This document shows, piece after piece, positions 8,418 through 18,461 of a stretch of 60,851 bases of DNA (within the stretch, counting starts at the first letter, position 1; each line of letters opens with the position of its first letter). The translations under genes were made by a program, and so were the position numbers. Below the pieces are notes generated by a model. It was not told the origin of the DNA. It ran no database searches and saw nothing but the letters and a program-made list of their open reading frames with translations. The stretch is from a virus. The stretch lies in IMG/VR virus record IMGVR_UViG_3300045988_119927; one strand, given 5' to 3'.

Positions 8418-8753
8418 ATGGACGAAATGAACAACGTGACTATGGAGAACGAGACTTCTATGATGGAGAACGCTCCTGTTGAGAACTTGGTTCCCGTTGA
8501 GGCGGAGAACTATACTTCGGACTGCGACTGTGAGAGCAATGCAAACCTCGATCTTGGCAAGATCGTCAAGATCGGCGTTGGTGCTGCGCTGCTCATCGGC
8601 GCTGGTGTGAAGTATGGCATCCCTGCTGCAAAGAAGGGTTTCAAGCACATCAAGGAGAAGATGGCCAGCAAGAAGGCGAAGAAGGACGAGGTCATCGACG
8701 TGGAGTCGACGGATGTGACTTCTGACGAGGAAACTTGTGAAGAGGAGAACTAA
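8418..8753 (+). CDS. Hypothetical acidic protein with central TM
   Basis: RBS AAGAGG is present. TM segment IVKIGVGAALLIGAGV. Confidence 0.5.
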   Translation: MDEMNNVTMENETSMMENAPVENLVPVEAENYTSDCDCESNANLDLGKIVKIGVGAALLIGAGVKYGIPAAKKGFKHIKEKMASKKAKKDEVIDVESTDVTSDEETCEEEN

Positions 8754-8768
8754 TGTCAGATAAAGCGA

Positions 8769-8807
8769 GAGCTGTAGAGAAATCTGCAGCTCTTACTTTT
8801 TTATTTT
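8769..8807 (+). terminator. Conserved-family terminator (T5)
   Basis: GAGCTGTAG-AGAAAT-CTGCAGCTC followed by TTACTTTTTTATTTT. Confidence 0.75.
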
Positions 8808-8823
8808 GAAAAGGAGAAGCATA

Positions 8824-9435
8824 ATGGCACAGGTGGATATGCCCAAGAATGATTTCAATACGGCCCAGGGCGAACCCAAGAAGAAGTTCGACAAGGTCGT
8901 AAGGGGAAAGGTCACGCTCAAGGAGCAGAACGACATCCAGAAGATCGCCAATGATTTTCTTGCAGAGGACCTCAAGACCGTCAAAGACCGCATCATCGCG
9001 GAGTATCTAATCCCGATGCTGAAGAACGGGCTTTGCAGCATCTTTAATTCCGCCATCAACATCGCTCTCTGGGGCGATGACCGCAGCCGCAGCTCGTCTA
9101 CGAATTACAGCATCTCCAGCCGGCAGCGTAACAGCTACGATCGCTACTATCAAGACGGGCAGAGCAGCCGCCCTGGAACATCCGGACGCCCGGCAAGAAC
9201 GCTTCAGAATCTGGATTTCGAAGTGCGCTACGACGCAGACGGCACACTGAACGAGATGTACGATGCCCTGCGCAAGTACAAGCAGGTGTCTGTAGGCGAC
9301 CTGTGGGACATGATGGGTGTCTCGAACGAGTCCACCGACTACAATTACGGCTGGTACAACCTCGATGGAGCGTACATCAAGGGCATCCCGGGCGGGTACC
9401 GCCTTGTTCTGCCCCGTCCGATTCCCCTCAGCTGA
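8824..9435 (+). CDS. Hypothetical protein
   Basis: RBS AAAGGAGAAG is present. 203 aa in the ORF-track frame 8806-9435. Confidence 0.55.
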   Translation: MAQVDMPKNDFNTAQGEPKKKFDKVVRGKVTLKEQNDIQKIANDFLAEDLKTVKDRIIAEYLIPMLKNGLCSIFNSAINIALWGDDRSRSSSTNYSISSRQRNSYDRYYQDGQSSRPGTSGRPARTLQNLDFEVRYDADGTLNEMYDALRKYKQVSVGDLWDMMGVSNESTDYNYGWYNLDGAYIKGIPGGYRLVLPRPIPLS

Positions 9436-9456
9436 GATAGAAAGGATTGATATTTT

Positions 9457-10443
9457 ATGAAAATTCTGAACAGCATCAAGAAAGATGAAATCGTCAACGC
9501 TGTGACTCGCACGGCGTCCAAGTACGGCTACAGGCTCAAGAAGGCCAGCCCGACCATTATGATCATCAGTGCGGCAGTCTGCGGTGTTACGGCTACTGTT
9601 ATGGCCTGCAAGGCGACCATCAAGGCACAGGACATCATCGAAGAGCATAAGGCCGACGTCGCAACGATCCATAAGGCAAAGGAGCAGATCGAGAACGGCC
9701 AGATCATCCTGAACAAGGATGAGACATATACCGAAGAGGATGTCAAGAAGGACATCACGGCCGTCTACATCCAGACCGGCGTGAAGCTCGCCAAGGCATA
9801 TGCTCCCGCTGTGAGTCTCGGCGCGATCGCACTCGGCTGCATGTTCGGCTCTCACACTATCATGAGCAAGCGGAATGCAACCCTCACGGCTGCCTACATC
9901 GCTCTGGACAAGACCTTCAACGAGTACAAGTCCCGCGTTACCGAGCGCTTCGGCGACCGTATCCAGCATGAGCTCGAGCACAATATCAAAGCAGTTGAAG
10001 TCGAGTCCACTGCGAAGAAGGATGATGGCACCGAGGAGGTCATCAAAGAGTACAAAGACATTGCCTCCAAGCATGAGAGCCCTTACAGTCTCCTGTTCGA
10101 CGAGAGCGTCGATACATGGCAGCCCGATGCAGACCTGAACCGAAACTACCTGCTCATGGTCGAGAGCGCTGCCAACAAGCGGCTCAAGACGCAGGGGCAT
10201 CTTTTCCTGAACGAAGTGCTTTCCATGATCGGCACCTATGGCGGCGTCACTATGCGGAGACCCGAAGGTCAGCTCGTGGGTTGGCTTTACGACCCGAACG
10301 ACCCGACAAAGCAGAACTGCGTTGACTTTCATGTCACCAACTATGCTCTCGGAAAAGAACAGCTCAACAACTTCATCGATGGCTGGGAGCGTTCTGTCAT
10401 GATCGTGTTCAACTGCGACGGCGTCATCATAGACAAGATCTGA
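9457..10443 (+). CDS. Membrane-anchored paralog family protein, copy 3
   Basis: 328 aa. Two TM helices are followed by SKRNATLTAAYIALDKTF. Confidence 0.65.
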   Translation: MKILNSIKKDEIVNAVTRTASKYGYRLKKASPTIMIISAAVCGVTATVMACKATIKAQDIIEEHKADVATIHKAKEQIENGQIILNKDETYTEEDVKKDITAVYIQTGVKLAKAYAPAVSLGAIALGCMFGSHTIMSKRNATLTAAYIALDKTFNEYKSRVTERFGDRIQHELEHNIKAVEVESTAKKDDGTEEVIKEYKDIASKHESPYSLLFDESVDTWQPDADLNRNYLLMVESAANKRLKTQGHLFLNEVLSMIGTYGGVTMRRPEGQLVGWLYDPNDPTKQNCVDFHVTNYALGKEQLNNFIDGWERSVMIVFNCDGVIIDKI

Positions 10444-10570
10444 GATTGATATTTCGGAGGGATAGCTATGACCAGAATTGTAAAGAGACTCTCTTATGTG
10501 TTCGCAGTCATGGCCGGGGTGTGCTTTGCTTCCGGTCTGGCTGTTCTCGCGGAGTGAAAGGGACGTTGCT

Positions 10571-10738
10571 ATGGACAGTTTGGAAAACGTATTCCTGTTT
10601 CTGGACTATCTGACCGACACGAAACGTAAGCGGCATGTCGTGGGAGGCGTTCTTATGAGCGTCTCCCTTTTCTTTGGCGGACTGGCGTTTACCTTTATGA
10701 GCATAAAAGGAGAAGACAATGAACAGAACGATTCGTGA
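10571..10738 (+). CDS. Small membrane protein
   Basis: In-frame ATG within ORF-track 10496-10738. TM segment VGGVLMSVSLFFGGLAFTFM. Confidence 0.35.
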   Translation: MDSLENVFLFLDYLTDTKRKRHVVGGVLMSVSLFFGGLAFTFMSIKGEDNEQNDS

Positions 10739-11252
10739 TATTTTGTTCTTCGGAGCGGGCGTCAGCACCGGCGTGTGTATCATGCATACCCTGTTCCAGA
10801 AGAAGTATCGGGATTACTATGACGAGCGGTATGAGACTGATCGCCGCCATCTCCAGGAGAGGGAAGCCGATATGGAAAAGGAAATCGAAGAGAAAGCCAC
10901 CCAGAAGAGCTTCGAGCAGCTGGCCGGGAAGTATCGGACGGAGTCTGACCCGGAGGTGAACGAGGACCACGAGTCGATCGAGATCATTCAGCCGGACGAT
11001 TTCGGCGGGGATGATGAATACGAGACCTGTTTCCTCTCGTACTACAGCGACGGAAAGCTCGTCATCGACGGCGAGGACACTCCCCTTGACGAGGACTCTG
11101 TCGCGGATATGATCGGCACGGAGGCGCTGAAGAACTTCGGGGTGTATATGCCGAGCACAGTACATGTCCGGAACCACAAGTATATGAAGGACTACGAGAT
11201 CCTTCAGGTCCGGCAGAACTTCTGCGACGTATATCAGAATGAGGAGGACTAA
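10719..11252 (+). CDS. Hypothetical acidic protein
   Basis: 177-aa ORF. RBS AAAGGAGAAG is present. Confidence 0.55.
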   Translation: MNRTIRDILFFGAGVSTGVCIMHTLFQKKYRDYYDERYETDRRHLQEREADMEKEIEEKATQKSFEQLAGKYRTESDPEVNEDHESIEIIQPDDFGGDDEYETCFLSYYSDGKLVIDGEDTPLDEDSVADMIGTEALKNFGVYMPSTVHVRNHKYMKDYEILQVRQNFCDVYQNEED

Positions 11253-11803
11253 TGATATTTTCGAGTCTGGCGGAGCAGTATTATGACTGGCTCTACAAAA
11301 GTGTGTGCGGTGAATGGGAGCCCCGGAACCTCTCATTTCACCGGCTCCTGATGTTTCTTTATAACAGAAACTATGTTCCGGCCTGTGAGATGGATATTTC
11401 CAGAGCAGCAGACGGCACGAATCTCCGGTATCGTTTCGCAACGGAGAATGATATTTCTTACGCAAGGATCGATTCGGCGTTTACGGGCATCCCGTGCAGC
11501 ATGCTCGAGATGATGGTTGGGCTTTCCATCCGGATCGAGGAGCATATCCTGGAGGACTCTTCGGCCGGGAAGAGAACAGGGCAGTGGTTCTGGAACATGG
11601 TCGTCAGCCTCGGTCTGGCTGCTATGGATGACCAGCGCTTCGACGAAGAGCGGGCAGAATCCGTCATTGAGCGATTCAGCAGAAGAGACTATAAGCCGAA
11701 TGGTGCCGGCGGGCTCTTCACGCTTTCCAGGCCCACCGAAGACATGCGCACTATTGATATTTGGTATCAGCTCATGGGCTGGCTGGCGGAAAATGAAGCC
11801 TGA
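11252..11803 (+). CDS. Hypothetical protein
   Basis: 183-aa ORF. Its start overlaps the upstream stop (TAATG). Confidence 0.55.
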   Translation: MIFSSLAEQYYDWLYKSVCGEWEPRNLSFHRLLMFLYNRNYVPACEMDISRAADGTNLRYRFATENDISYARIDSAFTGIPCSMLEMMVGLSIRIEEHILEDSSAGKRTGQWFWNMVVSLGLAAMDDQRFDEERAESVIERFSRRDYKPNGAGGLFTLSRPTEDMRTIDIWYQLMGWLAENEA

Positions 11804-11958
11804 TATTTATGTATCGAAAATCTGCATCACGATGGAAGGAGTCATTGAACAATTTATCGATGATGAAAGAGTTTTGATGCGGATCACATCGTGCCGAAAC
11901 ACAGAACACATTGGTCGGCTGATATTTACCGACCTGAATTACTGGAGGAAAATGAACA

Positions 11959-12294
11959 ATGGAAATGATGAATGTCATGTACGAACTGGCGACCACCAAG
12001 TCGGCTCTTGAGATTGCGGAGACGACCATCCGGAAGCAGCGCGGCAAGCTGCTGCAGAAGAATATCCTCATCGCGGGGCTTCTCTGGTTTGGCTTTACCG
12101 CCTGCAGGATGCTGGGCGAGGTCGATAAGAAGCTCCGGGACGCGGAGACTCACGTGCGCGAAACGGAGGCGGAGCTTGCGATGATGCATCACAACTACGA
12201 CCTGCATGGCGAGGAGCAGAAAGACGCACCGGCTGCTCCCGAAAAAGATACCTGCTGTGACGGCTGCGCCACGATCACGAAAAAAGACGTATAA
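11959..12294 (+). CDS. Hypothetical TM/coiled-coil protein
   Basis: RBS GGAGGA lies 9 nt upstream. 111 aa. Confidence 0.45.
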   Translation: MEMMNVMYELATTKSALEIAETTIRKQRGKLLQKNILIAGLLWFGFTACRMLGEVDKKLRDAETHVRETEAELAMMHHNYDLHGEEQKDAPAAPEKDTCCDGCATITKKDV

Positions 12295-12324
12295 GCATCG
12301 CAGAAAGGAGGAAATCAAGTCATT

Positions 12325-15300
12325 ATGATAGATTTCCTTATGATCGCAACGCGGACCGGAAAGCGCGGTGTGATCGAGATATATCCGAAATTCATCATTA
12401 AACGGTCGAAAGACCTTATGATCCGAGGCTCGGATTTCTATGCGATCTGGTTGGAAGAACGTGGATTGTGGAGCACGGACGAGCAGGATGCGCTGCAGCT
12501 CATCGACCGGGAGCTTGATATTTACGCAAATGAGCACAAAGAGCTGTTTGACGGCGGCTCTAGAGTGCTTCATATGTGGGATGCCGAGTCCGGAATGATC
12601 GACAACTGGCACAAATATTGCCAGAGGCAGATGCGAGACAATTATCATACGCTTGACGAGACATTGATATTTGCAAACACCCCTGTCAAAAAAGAGAGCT
12701 ATGCATCCAAACGGCTGCCGTATCCACTGGAAGCAGGAAGTATCAGTGCCTATGAAGAACTCATGAGCACTTTATATTCTCCCGGAGAACGTGAGAAGAT
12801 AGAATGGGCCATTGGCGCGATCGTCGATGGCGATTCGAAGAAGATTCAAAAGTTCCTCGTGCTCTACGGCCCGCCCGGAAGCGGTAAATCCACTATTCTG
12901 AACATCGTGCAGAAACTTTTCGAAGGATATTGGTCGGTTTTCGACTCTAAAGTGCTAGGCTCATCCTCGAACGCTTTCGCACTGGAGGCATTCAAGACGA
13001 ACCCGCTTGTTGCAATCCAGCACGACGGCGATCTGTCGAGGATCGAAGACAACACAAGACTGAACTCGCTGGTCTCTCACGAGACGATGCTGGTGAACGA
13101 GAAGTTCAGGAGCCAGTATGCGAGTCAGTTCAAGTGCTTTATGTTCCTTGGCACGAACAAGCCGGTCCGGATCACAGATGCCAAGTCGGGCCTGATCCGA
13201 AGACTTATCGATGTCGAGCCGAGCGGCGAAAAGATTCCGGCCAAAAAGTATCGGGACCTTGTTAGTAAAGTTGACTTCGAGCTTGGTGGGATCGCCTGGC
13301 ACTGCAAGGAGATCTACGAGGAAAACAAGCACCTCTACGACGAGTATGTTCCCACAAGGATGCTCGGAGCATCGAACGATTTCTACAACTTCATGTTGGA
13401 TTCCTACTATGAGTTCAAGAGGTCGGATGGCGTATCGCTCAAGCGGGCCTGGGCAATGTACAACACCTACAATGAGGAGGCAAAGGTATCGTATCCGTAC
13501 TCCCGGCGCGCTTTCCGTGAGGAGTTGATGAACTACTTTACGGATTACAAAGAGCGTTCAGAAGATATGAACGGGGAGAGAGTCCGCAGTTACTACAGCG
13601 GATTCCGAGCCGACAAGTTCAAGGAGTTTCTTGAGCAGCCGAAGGAGGAACGGCCGCCGGAAGAAGCGCATATTTCGTGGATCGAGTTCAAAGAGCAGCA
13701 TTCTCTCTTCAATGATATTTGCAGGGACTGTCCGGCACAGTACGCGACTGAAGAAGGCACTCCTATGCAAAAATGGGAGAATGTCAGAAGTAAGTTGTCA
13801 GAGCTGGACACTTCGAGACTTCACTATGTGAAGGTTCCAGAGAATCACATTGTCATCGACTTTGATATTAAAGGACCTGATGGCAAGAAAAGCTTCGAGT
13901 TGAATCTGGAGGCTGCATCAAAGTGGCCGAAAACGTACGCGGAACTCAGTAAATCTGGTGCGGGCATCCACCTGCATTATATTTACAGCGGGGACGCAAC
14001 GAAGCTCAGCAGAGTCTACGATGAAAACATCGAGATAAAGGTGTTCACTGGAAATTCTTCTCTTAGAAGAAAGTTATCGAAGTGCAATGATATTTCCGTA
14101 GCGTCTATCAGTAGTGGCTTGCCATTGAAGGGAGAAAAAATGGTTGACACGAAGCAGATCCAGAATGAGAAGCATCTTCGCATTCTGATTAAGAAAGCAC
14201 TGGCCAAAGAGATCAGTCCCTACACAAAACCGAGTGTAGACTTCATCGCTCACATTATGGATGAGGCGTACGAGGGAAATGTCCCGTACGATGTCGATGA
14301 CATGCGCAATTCGATTCTGGCTTTCGCTGCAAACAGCACGAATCAGGCTGAAGCATGTTTGAAAGCAGTATCGAAGATGCATTTCAAATCGAAGGAAGAG
14401 GTGAAAGACTCTCGGGCCGGCGAGAATGAGACCCCTATCGTATTCTTCGACTGTGAGGTGTTCCCGAACCTTTTCCTCGTGAACTGGAAGTTTGCCAAAA
14501 ATGACCTCATTCACAGGATGATCAATCCCAGCCCGGAAGAAATTGAAGCCCTTACGAAATATCGGCTTATTGGTTTCAACAACCGGAAGTACGATAACCA
14601 CATTCTCTGGGGGAGGATGATCGGCATGTCGAATGAGCAGCTCTATGCGCTTTCGAACCGCATCATCAACGAACATACCGGTTTCTTCGGCGAGGCGTAC
14701 AATCTGTCCTACACTGATATTTACGACTTCTCGTCCAAAAAGCAGAGTCTGAAGAAGTTCGAGATCGAGCTGGGTATTCATCATCAGGAACTTGGCTTAC
14801 CGTGGGACCAGCCGGTGCCGGAAAGCCTCTGGGATAAGGTCGCTGAGTATTGTGACAATGATGTCATTGCCACGGAAGCCGTCTTCTATTCCAAGAAGCG
14901 GCAGGCAGACTTCGTTGCTCGTGAGATTCTGGCAGACCTTGCCGGGATGACGGTCAATGACACGACCAACACGTTGACTACTCGCGTCATCTTTGGAAAA
15001 GAGAAGCACCCGAAGCTTGTCTATACTGACCTTGCAACGGGCGAACAGGACACTTTGACTGAGGTTGAGCCTGATATTCTGGTCGGGAAGAACATCATCA
15101 ATGCTTTCCCGGGTTACGAGTGGGTCAAGGGCGAGGATGGTCGGATGCACAATATGTTCCGTGGCACGGATTTGGGCATGGGCGGCTATGTCTATGCAGA
15201 GCCGAACATGTACTATAATGTGGCGCTTCTGGACGTGGCGTCGCTGCACCCGCATTCCGCCGTTGCAATGAACTACTTTGGCGAATACACCAAGCATTTC

Positions 15301-16326
15301 AATGACCTGATGGAGGTTCGAATCCATGTTAAGCATGGCGAGTACGATAAGGCCAAGGAACTCTTTGGCGGAAAGCTGTCCAAGTATCTGGACGACCCTG
15401 CGCAGGCGAAAGCTTTGGCGCAGGCACTGAAAATCGCCATTAACTCTGTCTACGGCCTGACCAGCGCGACCTTCGACAATCCTTTCCGGAACCCCAAGAA
15501 CGCCAACAACATTGTGGCGCTTCGAGGGGCTTTATTTATGCGTACTTTGCAGGATGAGGTACAGCAGCGTGGGTTCACGGTCGCCCACATCAAGACCGAT
15601 TCCATCAAGATCCCCGGTGCAACGCCGGAGATTATTGACTTCTGCATGAAGTTTGCGGAGAAGTATGGATATACCTTTGAGCATGAGGCTACTTACGAGA
15701 AGATGTGCCTCGTGAACAATGCGGTTTATATCGCAAAGTACATGGATGCGACGGACTGCAAGGCGCAATATGGATACGTTCCTGAGGATAACGAGAAGGA
15801 AGGCGGTAAGTGGACGGCAACCGGAACCCAGTTCCAGATCCCGTATGTCTTTAAGACATTGTTTTCCAAAGACCCGATCCAGTTCGAGGACCTTTGCGAG
15901 ACGAAGAGTGTCTCCAAAGGTGCCATCTACCTCGATAAAAATGAGGGACTGGCGGAAGGTGAGCACAATTATATTTTCGTTGGCCGCGTCGGTCAGTTCT
16001 GTCCCATCGTCAAAGGAGCTGGCGGCGCGCTGCTTCTGCGGGAATCGGGCGTTGACGATGCAGGCAATCGGAAATATGCATCTGTGACGGGCGCAAAAGA
16101 TTACCGGTGGCTCGAAAGCGAGATGGTTTATCAGCTTCATATGGAGGAGTCCATTGACAAGGAATACTTCAATAAGGAAGTTGATGATGCCGTCAAGGAA
16201 ATCGCCAAATATGGTGATTTTGAGTGGTTTGTTGCGGATGATTCGGGTGAACCGCCTTGGCAGAAGCCTGATATTCCGTGGGACGATGTGCAGGACGAAG
16301 CTGCACAGAATTTTAATGTAAGATAA
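12325..16326 (+). CDS. Fused replicative protein: SF3/D5-like NTPase + AEP primase + family-B DNA polymerase
   Basis: 1333-aa ORF. It has Walker A GPPGSGKST. AEP-like motifs are IDFDIK and GIHLHY. Exo motifs are FFDCEVF, NNRKYDNHIL and YCDNDVIAT. PolB motifs are DVASLHPHS, KIAINSVYG and IKTDSIKI. Confidence 0.85.
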   Translation: MIDFLMIATRTGKRGVIEIYPKFIIKRSKDLMIRGSDFYAIWLEERGLWSTDEQDALQLIDRELDIYANEHKELFDGGSRVLHMWDAESGMIDNWHKYCQRQMRDNYHTLDETLIFANTPVKKESYASKRLPYPLEAGSISAYEELMSTLYSPGEREKIEWAIGAIVDGDSKKIQKFLVLYGPPGSGKSTILNIVQKLFEGYWSVFDSKVLGSSSNAFALEAFKTNPLVAIQHDGDLSRIEDNTRLNSLVSHETMLVNEKFRSQYASQFKCFMFLGTNKPVRITDAKSGLIRRLIDVEPSGEKIPAKKYRDLVSKVDFELGGIAWHCKEIYEENKHLYDEYVPTRMLGASNDFYNFMLDSYYEFKRSDGVSLKRAWAMYNTYNEEAKVSYPYSRRAFREELMNYFTDYKERSEDMNGERVRSYYSGFRADKFKEFLEQPKEERPPEEAHISWIEFKEQHSLFNDICRDCPAQYATEEGTPMQKWENVRSKLSELDTSRLHYVKVPENHIVIDFDIKGPDGKKSFELNLEAASKWPKTYAELSKSGAGIHLHYIYSGDATKLSRVYDENIEIKVFTGNSSLRRKLSKCNDISVASISSGLPLKGEKMVDTKQIQNEKHLRILIKKALAKEISPYTKPSVDFIAHIMDEAYEGNVPYDVDDMRNSILAFAANSTNQAEACLKAVSKMHFKSKEEVKDSRAGENETPIVFFDCEVFPNLFLVNWKFAKNDLIHRMINPSPEEIEALTKYRLIGFNNRKYDNHILWGRMIGMSNEQLYALSNRIINEHTGFFGEAYNLSYTDIYDFSSKKQSLKKFEIELGIHHQELGLPWDQPVPESLWDKVAEYCDNDVIATEAVFYSKKRQADFVAREILADLAGMTVNDTTNTLTTRVIFGKEKHPKLVYTDLATGEQDTLTEVEPDILVGKNIINAFPGYEWVKGEDGRMHNMFRGTDLGMGGYVYAEPNMYYNVALLDVASLHPHSAVAMNYFGEYTKHFNDLMEVRIHVKHGEYDKAKELFGGKLSKYLDDPAQAKALAQALKIAINSVYGLTSATFDNPFRNPKNANNIVALRGALFMRTLQDEVQQRGFTVAHIKTDSIKIPGATPEIIDFCMKFAEKYGYTFEHEATYEKMCLVNNAVYIAKYMDATDCKAQYGYVPEDNEKEGGKWTATGTQFQIPYVFKTLFSKDPIQFEDLCETKSVSKGAIYLDKNEGLAEGEHNYIFVGRVGQFCPIVKGAGGALLLRESGVDDAGNRKYASVTGAKDYRWLESEMVYQLHMEESIDKEYFNKEVDDAVKEIAKYGDFEWFVADDSGEPPWQKPDIPWDDVQDEAAQNFNVR

Positions 16327-16341
16327 GGAGATTGATATTTT

Positions 16342-16959
16342 ATGGCAAACAAGCTGTATGATTCCAAAGGACAACTGATTGGCTATATCGCAACCGTCAC
16401 CTTCGATAAGAATCTGTCCGACGGCCTGACGAGGGTGGTTCTTCATACTGGCCACGAACTCACATTTCGCCCGGGCGATCTGATCGCTGATCGGGGCGGT
16501 AATTGGCGTATTCGCTATGGAGGGCTCAATTCGGGTAAGAAGAGCACTTCTGCTACGAACACCGCTGCTATCAAGGATGCTATCTTTGCTCCTCCGGCCA
16601 CGATCGTTTACTGGTCGGATGGTTCCAAGACCGTTGTGAAGTGCAGCGAGAAGGATGTTTTCGACCCGGAGAAGGGGCTGGCCATGGCAGTTGCAAAGCG
16701 TTGCGGCGGCAACAATGGCAGCTATTACAAGGAGATCCGGAATTGGGTAGAGAAGAGCGGGAAGAAGTATCCCGGGAAGCCCTATACGGAAAGCTCTTCT
16801 GTCGAGAATGATGCGCTCAAGAAGTACATCGCTCAGGCAAAGAAGAGCTACGAAGCAGCTTTGGAGGCGGCAGCAAAGGGCAATCCTGCGAATTTTCTGT
16901 CTACGATGGGCCAAGTGTCGGCCGCGCTTTCCATGCTGGAACTCGAAATCAACAAGTAA
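16342..16959 (+). CDS. Hypothetical protein
   Basis: 205-aa ORF with RBS GGAG. The conserved-looking core is TIVYWSDGSKTVVKCSEKDVFDPEKGLAMAVAKR. Confidence 0.55.
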   Translation: MANKLYDSKGQLIGYIATVTFDKNLSDGLTRVVLHTGHELTFRPGDLIADRGGNWRIRYGGLNSGKKSTSATNTAAIKDAIFAPPATIVYWSDGSKTVVKCSEKDVFDPEKGLAMAVAKRCGGNNGSYYKEIRNWVEKSGKKYPGKPYTESSSVENDALKKYIAQAKKSYEAALEAAAKGNPANFLSTMGQVSAALSMLELEINK

Positions 16960-16975
16960 AAGGAGACTGATATTT

Positions 16976-17506
16976 ATGTACACCAAGCGCCAGAAAGTCA
17001 ATATTGACGACACCCGTTTCATCTTTACCACCAACTTCTCCGGCGACCCGAGCCGTGACCGCTTTGGCTCCAGCACTCGGCGTGTCAACGTGGTGATCCC
17101 GACTCAGGAACTGGCTGACCAGCTTTCCGCTATGGGCGTCAATGTCAAGCAGACTCACCCGAACCCTGAGCGCACCTACGATGAGCCCTATGTGCCCACC
17201 CTGTACGTGCCGGTCAATGTCAACATGGATTCCAAGTGGCCGCCTCGGGTTTACTGGGTCACAACTGCTGGCAAGCGGCTGCTCTGCAATGCGGATACTG
17301 TTGGCCAGCTCGACTTCATCCGGGTCAAGAACGTCTGTGTGCAGGCAAACCTGGTGGAGAAGCGTAATTTCCCCGGTGAGTACAGCCTTTATGCGGATGT
17401 CATGTACGTCGAACAGGACGCCGATGCTGATCCGTATGCCGAGCGTTACGCTAAGTATGATATGCCCGCTGTCGAGCCCACCGAAGGGCCTGACCTGCCG
17501 TTCTAA
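16976..17506 (+). CDS. Putative ssDNA-binding protein (T7 gp2.5-like / DUF2815-like)
   Basis: The ATG follows GGAG. It sits next to the polymerase. The acidic C-terminal tail ends in an aromatic residue (EGPDLPF), as in gp2.5-type SSBs. Confidence 0.5.
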   Translation: MYTKRQKVNIDDTRFIFTTNFSGDPSRDRFGSSTRRVNVVIPTQELADQLSAMGVNVKQTHPNPERTYDEPYVPTLYVPVNVNMDSKWPPRVYWVTTAGKRLLCNADTVGQLDFIRVKNVCVQANLVEKRNFPGEYSLYADVMYVEQDADADPYAERYAKYDMPAVEPTEGPDLPF

Positions 17507-17520
17507 GAAGGAGGAATGAA

Positions 17521-17901
17521 ATGAAAAAGCTGTTTATCAGCTGCCCGATGAAAGACCGTACCGAAGCCCAGATCCGTGGGACCATGATGCAGATGCACAA
17601 CATTGCCGAGGCTGTCTTCGGCGAAGAGCTGGAAGTTATCCAGACCTATATTCCTGATCCTCCGAGTGGCATGAACCAGGCACTCTGGTGTCTCGGCGAA
17701 AGCATTAAGATGTTGTCTGAGGCAGATTACTTCATCGGCGTGTACGATGAAGAGAAGGCATACCGTGGCTGTGCGATCGAGAACCAGGTCGCAAAGGCTT
17801 ATGGCATTCCCAGTTACACCATCAACCTGAGTTACGTGGCCCATGACGTCGTCGAAGTACGGGCAAAAGAGGCTCGTAAGTATAGCTGCTTCGGCTACTG
17901 A
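17521..17901 (+). CDS. DUF4406 / nucleoside 2-deoxyribosyltransferase-like protein
   Basis: 126 aa. Pattern: MKKLFISCPM...ADYFIGVYD...RGCAIENQVAKAYGIP. Confidence 0.4.
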   Translation: MKKLFISCPMKDRTEAQIRGTMMQMHNIAEAVFGEELEVIQTYIPDPPSGMNQALWCLGESIKMLSEADYFIGVYDEEKAYRGCAIENQVAKAYGIPSYTINLSYVAHDVVEVRAKEARKYSCFGY

Positions 17902-18033
17902 TCTGTGATATTTCGAGTGCCGGGGTCGGTCTCTGGTTGAATGCACCAGTCCTATGAGTGCCCACGTCGCAAATGGCGTTCTCAGCAGGGGACAGCTCGA
18001 TTGATATTTATGAATGATTTGGAGGTTGACGTC

Positions 18034-18447
18034 ATGAAACGAATCAAAGTGCTCCGTATCAAAGCGCATTGCTATCCTGAAATCGTCCGGATTCCGCTCG
18101 GTCTGGACTCCTTGCAGAAGGAAGTTGGAGGACCGATTCAGGCGGTATATCCGTGGGATGATCCCGTGGCACTGATCTGCAATGAAGAAGGTAAACTGGA
18201 TAGTGATGCCGTGGAGCATTATAACCGGGTTCTCGCAACTGAGATTGGTGTGCCTTATGACATCGTTGTAGGGACGTTCCTGATCGTTGGGCTTACGGAA
18301 GATGATTTCGGATCACTGAGTCCGGAGCTTCTTGAGAAGTATGAGAAACTGTTCCATGACCCGGAAGAATTTTCCGTTCGGACGGATGCACATGGAAAGA
18401 TATATCTGGATGTTCATCCTTGCAAACCGGAGGACGGCGCGAAATAA
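18034..18447 (+). CDS. DUF3846-like protein
   Basis: The ATG follows GGAGGTTGACGTC. Pattern: LDSLQKEVGGPIQAVY...CNEEGKL...GTFLIVG. Confidence 0.5.
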   Translation: MKRIKVLRIKAHCYPEIVRIPLGLDSLQKEVGGPIQAVYPWDDPVALICNEEGKLDSDAVEHYNRVLATEIGVPYDIVVGTFLIVGLTEDDFGSLSPELLEKYEKLFHDPEEFSVRTDAHGKIYLDVHPCKPEDGAK

Positions 18448-18461
18448 TCAGCCTGCATGAA

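Noticed and set aside
9007-10332. Very long minus-strand ORFs: 9007-10332, 15532-17088, 33288-34430, 38369-40312, 46692-48320 and 50351-54355 (1334 aa).
   Set aside because: They lie antisense to + strand genes that have recognisable domains (PolB, capsid, TMP, Dit/Tal). They have Arg/Gly/His/Leu-rich shadow-ORF composition, which is typical of the complementary strand of GC-rich coding DNA. They lack RBS-linked starts.
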